Assembly: GCF_022045235.1 (NCBI RefSeq)
Contig: NW_027266265.1
Location: forward strand, 26,784,001 to 26,848,000
Length of the DNA: 64,000 bases
From: Haliotis cracherodii
Lineage: Eukaryota
Direction: 5' to 3'
Position numbers and translations under genes: made by a program
The notes under the pieces: model-generated
The model's database searches: none
Seen by the model: the letters and a program-made list of their open reading frames with translations, nothing else
What the model was told of the DNA's origin: nothing
Shown: positions 51,913-64,000 of the stretch, piece by piece
How the letters are laid out: each line of letters starts with the position of its first letter
Position numbering within the stretch: the first letter of the stretch is position 1

Positions 51913-53102
51913 GTGGCTATGTTATTCCTAAATTCCCCGCATCTCCACCATATGTAACCTTAGGTTCCGGGTACTTTACCCTTCTACCTATGGTCACTTC
52001 TACTTATCAACTACTCCTTCGTTCTAGGGATGATGTAGCTCTCTTTCGAAATCACAAGTCAGATGGTTTGCTCCAGTCCTTTTTATTTATGATAGAGTTA
52101 ATCATAAATACACACACATGGTCCTCAGATATATTCTTGTTGTTGCCTGATATAGATACAACACATACCTAGATGATGGTTGAAGAGCCTGATGGTTTTT
52201 CTGATGAACGTTAACTCTACTTCTTTTCTGACTCGGGATCCCAAAACCTACAGAGAACCGTTCTGTTCAGCTGTATGCTCCCGACTCCCCGCACCACTCT
52301 CGGACAACTAACAAAATACTATCGATGATAATTTTAGCTCCTCCCTCCAAATTCACATTTGACATCATGAGAAATGAGTCATAATGGTCATTCCCCAATT
52401 TCCATAATAATTAGTTTTACCATCAAGCTTTTCGGACAAACCAATTTGATTACCTCTTTAAGTCATTGGTCAACTTGGACATACTCATCTTATCAAATCC
52501 CTCAACTACTTCTGCCAGACTGGAAGGCGCCGAAAAGATACTTAATCCTGTTATTTAGACATTCCAGTCAAGCAGTAGTATTCATAAATATTTGATCACC
52601 ACTAATCTAACAATTTTGTTCCATCCATCTATTTCTTCTGTCATCTTTATTGCAAGACTGAATTCTACTAATCTCACACTAGTGACTAATAAAAGCAAAA
52701 TCCATAATCACTTGCCCTGGGGGTTATGCCCTCACCCTGTTCAATCACTTCTCTCATATGCGTCTATATGTTACCCAAAAGCTTAGTTTAGTAAACTACA
52801 TTTTAAGTAAATACCAAAAACCCTTTTTCTAAAATACCCTTGTTATAGTTATTGTAATGGACACTTGTAAACTCGGAATTGTGTTTGTAAAGACTCAGGC
52901 ATGAAAAGAAGTCAAATTGCTGCCATCAAGGAATCAAAAGACAAAATCAAAATTTGGTGTGAAATTTATGGTAAAAAACACCTTTGAATTTCCTGTTTAT
53001 TTTCATCAAAGTTGGAAATTTCATGTAAATCAAGCAATCAGACATTGTAGCAAAAAGATATTTTTATGTCAAAAAAGTTCAGTACCAAGAGAGTGCTAAA
53101 GT

Positions 53103-53638
53103 AAGGTAATTAGAAGGTAATTGTACTGCGAGATAATTGGAAGGTAATTGTACACCAAGGGGCGGTCAGGTAGCCTAGTGGTTTAAGCCTTCGCTCGTCA
53201 AACCGAAGACCCACGTTCAATTCCCGACATGGGTACAATGTGTGAAGCCCATTTCTGGTGTCTTCCCACCGCTGTGTTATTGCTGGAATATTGCTAAAAT
53301 TGGCGTAAAATCATACTCACTCCAAAGGTAATTCAAAGGTAATTGTACAGCAAGGTAATTTGGAAGATAATTGTACAGCAAAGTAATTTGGAAGGTAATT
53401 GTACAGCAAGGTAATTTGGAAGATAATTGTACAGCAAGGTAATTTGGAAGATAATTGTACAGCAAGGTAATTTGGAAGGTAATTGTACAGCAAGGTAATT
53501 TGGAAGGTAATTGTACAGCAAGGTAATTTGGAAGGTAATTGTACTGCGAAGTAATTGGAAGGTAGTTGTACTGCGAGGTAATTGGAAGGTAATTGTACAG
53601 CAAGGTAATTTGGAAGCTAATTGTCCAGCAACCTAATT
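53103..53638. repeat. Minisatellite, 28-bp unit, containing a SINE
   Basis: gaaggtaattgtacagcaaggtaatttg repeats on both sides of the SINE. Confidence 0.93.
53159..53322 (+). mobile_element. tRNA-derived SINE (family A)
   Basis: ggtagcctagtgg A-box, gttcaattcc B-box, catactcactc tail. Confidence 0.9.
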
Positions 53639-54033
53639 ATCCTTTGTAATTATGTCCCTTGATGGATAGTGAATCAGCCAACTGTCGGATGACCATGAGA
53701 CTGCTTGGCTTGTCACCTGCACTGTGATTCATCTCCCTGCACATCTGTACAAGCAGACAAGTACATACCATGGCAGATGAATGGAGGCATCCTTCATCAT
53801 GCAGTGTATATCTTCGATCTGTTTAATGGTGATAGAGATGCTTGGCACATAGGAAATTAAGCCTCGGTGTTGGATGTGTCCAGGGAAAGTAGGATAGAAG
53901 AATGGAGATGTAATACACTGAGTTCAATGTTTGCTTTACAACATGTTTCATAGAATTGGGAAGATGCCATAATTCATATTTCCAATGAATCCAATACCTT
54001 ATTGTAGGACAAATTCACTTAGTCATGCACCAG

Positions 54034-56292
54034 TTTTTAGCTCACCTGACCCCTGAAAATCAAGTGGTTATGTCATGGCTTGCTTGTCTACCTTTCTGGC
54101 AATCTTGCTTGACATCACATGCTTGTTTTGTAAAAAGGATGGTAGCTGTGTGTGATCAAGAGGTTTGAATCTGATTTTCAGTCCTGCCAGAATGGCAGCT
54201 ATATTGAAAATTTGTGAAGATTACTCTGTCATTTCTGATAAAAATGTTATGTAATGACCTGAATTTCTCTCAAAATGCTTTTTTGGCCCTGTAAATGTCA
54301 TCTCATCTGCATTTGCCGGACTGAGGAAGCTGAGCTTTGGCATGTTTTTCTCATGATGAGATTATATGTTGAGATGTTCAGTCATGAGCATAGGTGTTGC
54401 AGCAACCTGAAGAATGGGGGGTTGTGTGGGCGTGCGTGCGTGCGTGCATGCGCACGCTTGTTGTGCCTTTATTATATGACCAACAAGGAAATCATATAAC
54501 AAGGGAAATTAAGGTTAATTGAAGAGTGACATATATTCCATTATCACTTGTACGAAGTGGATTATTCGATTTATTACCCATTTTCAGTCTAAACACTTTA
54601 ATTTGTCATGTTTACAGATAGAATTCTGAACTCGTAATACATGTCTGAAAGGTGCCTTCCTTTTCTCCTGCAGAGATCTAATGTTTCCTATTTTTATGGG
54701 TCATACCATTACATACTGACCTCATTCACTTTCTTTGGTTCAAATTGTCATTTTTAACTGACCTGACCAATCAGTCGTCACTATCTCCATAGCACCTCAC
54801 TGGGGTCTATGAAGCGGGAATCACTTGGATACATGAAACATGTCCACCTCTACCGTAGATTATCTGAAAAATATGTATGAAGGGTGTCATAGTAATTTAT
54901 TCTCACTATGTTTGGGACAAGGGATTAATTGCTGAAACATAATACCTGAATAGCATAAATTGCTGGACTAGTTAGCTGTATAAAATGATTCATTGCATGG
55001 GGACAGTTTGTGCTGCAGTAACATATATGTAATTTCAGTCCTTTGAAGAAATTTGTCGAAAACATGTGCAAATTCCAATAATCAATTATCAAACAGTATT
55101 GATCCTGGCAGCACATTTTTGTATTTACATTTAATAAAATTAATTCATTTTCAATTTGAAATTTGTTCTTAAAATGATGTTTTAAAACTATGAATTTTAT
55201 CTGAAAAGTTTGAGATAAATGATGCATGTTCCAGTCAGATAATGGCCCTCGTTTGTATACAGCATACAGCTTGTTGCCATGCAGCACAATTGCATAAAGT
55301 AAAAATATAAAAATTCTTTGTTCATTTTGCAATTTCATTAGTATTTGTCACTACCAACTGGTTTTAAAACAGTAACTAATTTACAAACAGTATGATATGA
55401 AATTAACATTCTGATGTTGACATCCTGAAATATTTATAGTGAACTTTCCCCCTGGGAGTCATCATTTTGTGCCTGCATGTGGTTTTCATGTCTGATATAG
55501 TCAGTATCACAGCACTGAAAACACACAAACTGGTCATTATGAAATCATTGGCGATTCTCATAGATGAATATGCTTTTATTCTTCTTGGATATATTTGCAT
55601 ACAAAGGAAAATGTTTTATCATACTTCAAGAAGTTTTTAATGTAGGCAGAAGAAACTTGGTTCATATCAACCTAAGAATGAACACAAGATTGACAATGCA
55701 TTTTCAACTTTCAGTGCCGTGTTTCGGTATATAGGATTGTACCTTTGTCAAGCAAGTGATCAACTGCCAGCTAGGACATGGTTATAAAGCAAAACTGTAT
55801 GATTACAGTGTTGTTTGAATGTGTTGTTTTGTGACATCTAGGGGAAAGGGAATAAAACAGCCACCTTTCAGCATGTCCACAGGCAAGACCACAATCTGGA
55901 CATTGCCAAGGTGACCTCAAGTCATGTGTCTTTTCTTCTTCTCAACAGACCAATATCATATTTCCACATGTCTATATATCACTACAACGTATTCAATTTT
56001 TTATTTTCTTCAATTTAAAATATCCAATACCACAGCACATGTTTGTGACGCATATATACTGCATTTGTGCCTACCTCTTCTTTCAAACGATTGGACAATA
56101 CCTTTGCGGGAAATATTCTATGAAATATTTGGAAGACATTCATAAGAACCATCTTAACCTTGAAGAAAGGTTTTCATTTTAATAATTTCAAATGGCTGCT
56201 ATAATTTTGTTCTATTCAATATAGTTTAGCACATTCTGTGACTGGACAATTCATCAATATAGGTGAGCAGCTGTACCTCTGGTACTTTTGTG
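54034..56292 (+). mobile_element. Possible Helentron-related non-autonomous element (HINE-like)
   Basis: tttttagctcacctg at 5' end; aggtgagc plus gtacc-tct-ggtac hairpin and T-run at 3' end. Confidence 0.35.
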
Positions 56293-56324
56293 TACTCATA
56301 CTCCAAGTGACATGTGTTTGTTTG

Positions 56325-56525
56325 TTTGTTTGTATGTTTGTTTGTTTGTTTGTATGTTTGTTTAATGCCTCACTCAGCAATATTCCATAAATAAGTCCGG
56401 ACCAAGCAATCCAGTGATTAACATCAAGAGCATCATTCTACACAATTGGGATACGATGACATGCATCAACAAAGTCGCCTCTTACGACAGCATAGTTGCC
56501 TTTTTACGGCAGATCATCTCGGGTC
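56325..56525 (-). mobile_element. Family B element with (gttt)n tail
   Basis: cactcagcaatattcc...gtcgcctcttacgac. Confidence 0.8.
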
Positions 56526-56868
56526 TAAAAAGAGTTATGTGTTTTCTCCGACCAGAAGTATAATACATTAGACCAGGGGTCAATTTAGGTTCAGTCCTTA
56601 TTTGGCTACCTGGAGGCATGATGGTATCTGGTTGCATTTGTATTGTGGTAGGCATGTGTTCCCTCAAACAAATGTCATCAGACTGGTTAATGGTGGTTTC
56701 ATTTCTGGGACATTTAGGAAGCAAAGATGAAAAGTAAACAGCTTCATGACAGATTCTCATTCCAAATGGGAAACATTAATTAATTTGACCTAACAGACAC
56801 TGGTCAGACAGACAGACAGACAGACTAGTGTTGAGAGCAGCAGCTCACAGCGTTCTCCTTTGTTTCAG

Positions 56869-57338
56869 GAGCGTTCCTCATCCCCTACTTTGTCATGCTG
56901 TTTGTGGAGGGCATGCCCCTTCTGTACCTCGAACTGGCCATTGGACAAAAGCTCCGTCAAGGCAGTGTTGGAGTGTGGAACGAGATCCACCCTCTCATGG
57001 GTGGCGTCGGCATCGCAAGCGCAGTGACGTCCTTCATGGTGGCCCTCTACTACAACGCCATCATCATGTGGTGTTTCTTCTACCTGTTCCACTCCTTTCA
57101 GAGTCCCCTACCCTGGTCCTCCTGTCCCTCCATCACAACTGCTCCCAACATTAGCATCATTGTCCCAGAGTGCAAAATAGGGGGATCAACATCATACTTC
57201 TGGTACCGAAACGCTCTTGACATATCATCGGGAATTGATGATGCAGATGGTGTCAAGTGGAAGATGCTGTTGTGTCTTATATTCTCGTGGATTGTTGTCT
57301 ATTGCTGTATCTGCAAGGGAATTAAGTCTTCAGGAAAG
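56869..57338 (+). CDS. SLC6 transporter, coding exon 2
   Basis: tttcag| acceptor; G|GAFLIPYFVMLFVEGMPLLYLELAIGQ...FQSPLPW...YFWYR...KGIKSSGK; aag|gtaagt; phases match exons 1 and 3. Confidence 0.96.
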
Positions 57339-58384
57339 GTAAGTTAATACACTGGCAGATGTTTGATTATTTGATCGATGATCAATTTTCTAACACAAGA
57401 ACCTCTTAGAGCTACCAACCTGTCTATTAATATTTAAGGCTTGTAGACATCAAACCTACTATCCTGTCTGGTATTATTTTTACAACTTATTCTTTATATT
57501 GATAACCATATTTATGGACTTTAGCATTGCATTTTAATATTTTACGTTTTGGACAAACTGTTCAAATCCTAACTGTCAATGTTCAGTGGGATTATGTAGG
57601 CCTATATGTTGTATTTCATTGAGTAGGAGAAAGAAGAGAACAGACATAGCTACAGTAAGAGGATGTGAGGCAGACTGGGCTGGAAAACAAATTATTCATT
57701 CTTTATGGCCATGATTGTGCATGAAGCTCCTATTCTCCTATTTGCAACAGGCTTAATTTCATGCCTTATCACACTGAATATATTCGATTACAATATAACA
57801 CACACTGTCGAAGAGCTATTAATCTAATAACAGCAGATTGTTGTCTCCCGCAGGCCAGCCTTATGAACAGTTGATCACACTAAATATGTCTGTTAAACAA
57901 TCTATAATTGTACTCGCAAATAATTCCACCTAAGGTCGACAATGAACAGAAATACATAAATATTATGTAATTAGTATTTTAATTCAGTTGACAGTGTTCA
58001 TTATCCAATATTGTACACATATTATTAAATATTCGCAGTTGAATAATTATGTATTCCAAATTAGGATACGGTAGGATATATCTATATAATCTAGTAACAT
58101 TAATTACATTATAATTTGAGTAACAATAGGCAAAAGTCAAATACAGTTTGAAGATAAAATATTTCATGATACGCCAAAAAGTTTCATTGCTTTTGGACCA
58201 GGGGAGATTTTTCTCTCATAGGTAAAAAGTTTCAGGATAATCGCTGACTTTCACAGCAATATTTCCCTATCTTGTGTGCAGATAGTGGTGTACCGGTATT
58301 TCACAGCAATATTTCCCTATCTTGTGTGCAGATAGTGGTGTACCGGTATTTCACAGCAATATTTCCCTTTGTTTTGGGTTTCAG

Positions 58385-58495
58385 GTGGTGTATTTCACAG
58401 CAATATTTCCCTATGTGGTGCTTATCATCTTCTTCGGAAGGGGTATAACTCTGAGAGGGGCAACAGATGGACTTCTTCACATGTTTACACCAAGG
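58385..58495 (+). CDS. SLC6 transporter, coding exon 3 (gene continues beyond window)
   Basis: tttcag|[37 protein letters not shown]|gtagg; phase 0. Confidence 0.94.
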
Positions 58496-59495
58496 GTAGG
58501 TTTTCTTATCTTTTCAGGCATGTATTTATTGAGTTCTATTGCCATGAGAAAACAAGTCCCATATATGGCATTGACTGCCCAGCGTTTTGGGAATAGTGTG
58601 GCCATTTTACAGAAAGACCTCCCAATATTGCTGTAGGATTTATAAGACCATGACAACATGCTAAGGATCACAAATGGAACAATCCCAGAACCCAATCTCT
58701 GTGAGAAGGGCTTCACTGTGACTTCTGATATGAAACATTGACAGCAAGAGAACTCTCTCAGGAAGAATTTACACACACACTCAACAGTGATAACAGAATC
58801 AGTTGCACATTTTTGATGATAACGATGGGTGATTTGTGTTCAAGTCAATATACTTTGCAGTCATAAAAACTAAATAGACTAATGCTTTGTATTGGAGTGG
58901 GTCTATGCCAAACAAACTTGGGCCATTAAAAATAAATGCAAATCTTACATCTCAAAGTTCAAAACATCTAAACTTTTGGCAGTATTTCTTGATATCAATA
59001 ACTGATGCACTAATATCATAATTCTGTATTTCTTTATCCATGTGAAACTTATTACTTTTAGATATTTAAAACAAATATGAATTTATGTTATGAATTATCT
59101 CTTTATTGGAAGGTTTTAAGCAATTATGTGATATCCCACATTTGAATTCTTGATATTGATAATAAATTCAATACATTAATAAATTTATGACTGTTATAAT
59201 ATGTTGAAGTATCAAATGTGGAATAAATAGATAAATGTGCAAACCGCAAATATATATGAATTTTCACTTCAAAGCACCTGCACCACCTTGGTTGGACTGA
59301 CAACTGAGGTATGTTGTGTTATGAGTTTTGAAATACAAATTGTCAAAAACTTGAACCTTTGGAAATCTGGTCGCGAAGGTTCATGCATTTATTTGTCTTG
59401 TTCTTGTGCGGTTTGATGGGTTGAATATGTCACCAGTATTAGATCACTGTTATGATTCTGAGGAGATCCCAGTACAGAAAAAGTCTACAGATCTA

Positions 59496-60540
59496 CAGGA
59501 TCCTTGGTCAGAGCAAGGAACCAGTATCCTTTGCTTGTCACTCAGACAGGATCCTTGGTCAGAGCAGGGAACCAGTATCCTTTGCTTGTCACCCTGACAG
59601 GATCCTTGGTCAGAGCAAGGAACCAGTATCCTTTGCTTGTCACCCTGACAGGATCCTTGGTCAGAGCAACGAACCAGTATCCTTTGCTTGTCACCCTGAC
59701 AGGATCCTTGGTCAGAGCAACGAACCAGTATCCTTTGCTTGTCACCCTGACAGGATCCTTGGTCAGAGCAAGGAACCAGTATCCTTTGCTTGTCATCCTG
59801 ACAGGATCCTTGGTCAGAGCAAGGAACCAGTATCCTTTGCTTGTCACTCAGACAGGATCCTTGGTCAGAGCAGGGAACCAGTATCCTTTGCTTGTCACCC
59901 TGACAGGATCCTTGGTCAAAGCAAGGAACCAGTATCCTTTGCTTGTCACCCTGACAGGATCCTTGGTCAGAGCAAGGCACTAGTATCCTTTGCTTGTCAC
60001 CCTGACAGGATCCTTGGTCAGAGCAAGGCACTAGTATCCTTTGCTTGTCACCCTGACAGGATCCTTGGTCAGAGCAAGGCACTAGTATCCTTTGCTTGTC
60101 ACCCTGACAGGATCCTTGGTCAGAGCAAGGCACTAGTATCCTTTGCTTGTCACCCTGACAGGATCCTTGGTCAGAGCAAGGAACCAGTATCCTTTGCTTG
60201 TCATCCTGACAGGATCCTTGGTCAAAACAAGGAACCAGTATCCTTTGCTTGTCACCCTGACAGGATCCTTGGTCAGAGCAAGGAACCAGTATCCTTTGCT
60301 TGTCACCCTGACAGGATCCTTGGTCAGAGCAAGGCACTAGTATCCTTTGCTTGTCACCCTGACAGGATCCTTGGTCAGAGCAAGGAACCAGTATCCTTTG
60401 CTTGTCACCCTGACAGGATCCTTGGTCAGAGCAAGGAACCAGTATCCTTTGCTTGTCAGACTGACAGGATCTTTGGTCAGAGCAAGGAACCAGTATCCTT
60501 TGCTTGTCACCCTGACAGGATCTTTTGTCAGAGCAAGGCA
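59496..60540. repeat. Intronic minisatellite, 51-bp unit, ~20 copies
   Basis: caggatccttggtcagagcaaggaaccagtatcctttgcttgtcaccctga repeats. Confidence 0.97.
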
Positions 60541-60642
60541 CCATTACTATATGTTCAAGCCAGGGTCTGTATTCAGAAGGGTTCCTGGGATATATTGCTG
60601 AACATCAGCATATTTGTCTAGTGGACTGGCATGTTTGTCTAG

Positions 60643-61042
60643 CAGGGCTGTTACGATTCATTCGCGTATTCGGTTCGTATTCGGTAAATCGAACCGTATC
60701 CATTCATGAATTAAATTCGTTATTCGTGGTCACTAGAATTGAACATTTATGAATAAGTCATGAGCATCTACATACCCTGTACCTAAAAATGTCCGTAAGA
60801 ACATATTGTATGCAGAGATATCTTTAAAGACACTCCTATATATATATTTGACAGTTTTGTGGTCACCAGTCATTGTGGTATTTGAGCAGATACTAGTACC
60901 TGGATAAATGCAGTATGTAAATGTATGATATATTAATAATTGTCCAACCAGGTCAAATAAATAAATAAATAAATATTTGTATTCGTTACCCTATATTCAT
61001 GATATGAGTCGTATTCGCCTCTGTGTATTCGTTGCAGCCCTA
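60643..61042. mobile_element. hAT-type MITE
   Basis: TIR cagggctgttacga / tcgttgcagcccta; 8-bp TSD ttgtctag (60635-60642, 61043-61050); subterminal tattcg repeats. Confidence 0.88.
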
Positions 61043-62989
61043 TTGTCTAGTGGATCAGCATACATGTCTTTTGGATCAGAATACTTGTGTAGTGAACCAG
61101 AATACTTGTCCAACCTAGATTTATTTGTGTTAGTCTTGACATTTTTCCAATAGCCAATTCTAAAGAACAACTCATATTCAAGCATGCCATGCCACATTAA
61201 TGATAAATATGCCCATCATCAGTAATCACGATATATAGTGAGTGAAATGGAAGGCACTGATGGACAGTTAAGAGATGTCATGTTGAAAATGGGGCAAGCT
61301 GCCACAGTGTTTCCTGACCATCTGGTCCTGGGTATTCTGGAACTTGTCTTCCAACCAGAATGTTGTTGTCAGGAAGCAATCAACTGGGGCACAATGGCTG
61401 TGGGCGAAGAGAATGGGGGGTCATCAAGTGTTTCTTCACATATGGGAACACCATGTTACGAGCATGAGCAGTTGTGTATGTTTGGGAGAGTATAGAGATG
61501 CCTGTATTTACAGTCAGATTGATGTACAAAACACTGGTGACATGCAGCTGATCTATGGATGTTTTCTCTGTGTGTGCCAGACATGCTGACTATGCAAGAA
61601 TTGCTGTTCTACAGTTGCTTGTTTTTTTAGCCTTGACACATGAGGGGGAAGATCCCAGCATGTGACAGCAAGCAGCACTTGTGATAAGGATATATGTGTT
61701 ATGTCTTATTCCCCAAATACTTGCACGTTCCTCTGAGTGCACCAGGAAAGAAAACAAGCTTTGCAAGACTTATAACATTTATTGAACATTCAGACCAAAG
61801 AAAAGCCTTGCTAACTATAAAATCGTGACACATTAAAATATTCTTGACACCAAAGTCATCACCCAGCAAGATATAAAATATAGTTTTTCAATCTGGATCT
61901 AATATTTTAAGAGAATGATCAAGTCAACATCCTGTGTCCCTTGTAACACGTTGAGGAGGCATGACTTCATTCAAATATGGTTATTAAAGCAATGTTGAAA
62001 ACCTTCAAGCTACAAAAACACAGTTTGTATAAGTGATCTTAATTGTATTTATAATGAAGGTGAACCGTTTCCAATCAATGCCATTAATGACCATGCTCTG
62101 TGAAAAGATATGTAAAGTAATGGACATTCCTAAACCAGGTACAGTGATCTTTCGCTACAACACTACCTTGGGGGTCCAAATAATTGATGAGCATTATAGA
62201 CGATCAGCCTTTTAACCAAGGTTAACACGATTTTATAACCAGACAGTATAATAATGGAATTAGATTGTGTACTTCAGTTTGGATTTGTTGACTGATATTT
62301 CTGGTGTTGTGTGCTCACCAGGAATCAGTTGAAAATGTTTTGGGGTGGGGAAAAACATCATGTCCATGTAAAACTTGTGTTTATTAAAAATGTAAGTATA
62401 TTTTGGGAGCCATGCTTTACTGCGCGCTATAACCGGGTTAGGGCTATATTGAAGGGCGCTATAGTACCATGCATCGTGGTAAGTAACAAAATTCTTATCA
62501 AATACAAATAGGGGTAAAATTTGTATAAGGACAAAATTTTAATTGTCATTGCTTGAAAGAAAATTATGTACGCAAAGGGCATCATAAATTTCCAAACATT
62601 CCAGTGCAACTAACCAACCCTCAGTTAAAAAATGTATTCGGCAAATATATAGTAAATGTTTGGAGTGAAACATGTCTGTGTTGAGGTTGTTAGGTGGTGT
62701 GTTTAATGGCTAGAGCATGTCAGGGAGGTAATAAACATGGTTCCTGTCATCTAGAGTTGGCTCTCTCAGGGTTGGTGGGAATGTGGCATCTGGTGAAATG
62801 TTCAGGACTTGCGGCTGTTTACACAAAATATTTTGTCCTTTAAGAGTGAGGGATAGGGTTTTAGTTTATACTGTAAAACATAACTCACGGCATGTCTTGT
62901 GTAAGACAAATCATTATGAATACTATTAGTTTCATAAAAATGTACATGGAAATATCACTAATGACAGGTGTCATTTGAAATTGAAGTGT

Positions 62990-63945
62990 TAACACCATTA
63001 CCCCAACACCATCACCTTAACACCAACATCTCAGTGTCATCACCTCAACGCCATCACCTCAACACCAACACCTCAACACCTAACACCTTCACTTCAACAC
63101 CAACACCTCAACATCATCACCTCAACATCATCACCTCAACACCGTCACCCCAACACCATCACCCAAACACCTTCACCTTACCACCAACATCTGTGTCATC
63201 ACCTCAACACCAACACCTAACACCTTCACCTCAACACCAACACCTTCACCTCAACACCAACACCATCACCTCAACACCAATGCCAACACCTTCACCTCAA
63301 CACCAACGCCAACGCCTTCACCTCAACACCTAACACCTTCACCTCAATGCCAACACCTCAGCGCCATCACCTCAACACCAACACCTCAACACCAACACCT
63401 CAACACCAACACTTAAACACCAACACCTCAACACCAACACTTCAACACCAACACCGCAACACCAACACTTCAACACCAACACTTCAACACCAACACCGCA
63501 ACACCAACACCGCAACACCAACACTTCAACACCAACACTTCAACACCAACACCTCAACACCAACACCGCAACACCAACACCATCATCTCAACACCAATGC
63601 CAACACCTTCACCTCAACACCAACGCCAACGCCTTCACCTCAACACCTAACACCTTCACCTCAATGCCAACACCTCAACACCAACACCTCAACACCAACA
63701 CCTCAACTTCAACACCAACACCGCAACACCAACACCTTCACCTCAACGCCATCACCTCAACTCCAACACCTCTTCACACAACACCTCAACACCATCACCT
63801 CAACGCCATCACCTCAACGCCATCACCTCAACTCCATCACCTCAACACCATCACCTCAACACCATCACCCAAACATCATTGCCATATATCCTCATCACAC
63901 AACACCTTAGGACCATCACCTTTTCACACAACACCTCAACATATT
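62990..63945. repeat. Low-complexity (CAA/CAC)-rich repeat
   Basis: caccaacacctcaa / catcacctcaa degenerate units. Confidence 0.92.
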
Positions 63946-64000
63946 GCTAGACATCACACCGTAGTCTTGTTTTGGGGTGATTGCTAGACATCACACTGGA

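Noticed and set aside
51970-52790. Possible ancient LINE RT remnant on minus strand (PQG-like motif near 52715)
   Set aside because: Too degraded to support without a profile search
59452-60621. Array as amplified SLC6 exon 4
   Set aside because: Only faint resemblance to the expected VWxxAxTQIFFSL motif; no true exon 4 found in the window
62141-62480. pogo/Tc1-type MITE starting tacagtg
   Set aside because: No matching right-hand TIR or TSD identified

Overview
Eukaryotic (animal) genomic DNA, not prokaryotic. The tRNA-derived SINEs, spliceosomal introns and repeat families suggest a mollusc, possibly a gastropod; this is inference. One host gene is well supported: the first three coding exons (44585-44801, 56869-57338, 58385-58495, + strand) of an SLC6-family Na+-dependent transporter of the neutral-amino-acid (B0AT-like) branch, continuing beyond the window. 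About one third of the window (~20 kb) consists of ~15 unrelated minisatellite or low-complexity arrays (units 16-70 bp), and these explain nearly all long ORFs in the track. The rest is mostly transposon debris: an internally deleted mariner nested in a SINE, a truncated Tc1, a deleted PIF/Harbinger, two hAT-type MITEs with 8-bp TSDs, a DIRS-like RT/RNaseH remnant, a decayed Polinton/Maverick (ATPase, integrase, minor capsid) and three SINE-like families with related 3' tails. The most interesting observations are arrays apparently seeded from SINE fragments or an exon boundary, a non-tRNA SINE-like family whose head can fold into a pseudoknotted junction, the Polinton fossil, and a possible unrecognised minus-strand multi-exon gene at 4.5-24.3 kb. 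No confirmed novel system is claimed. Family assignments come from motif recognition, not database searches.
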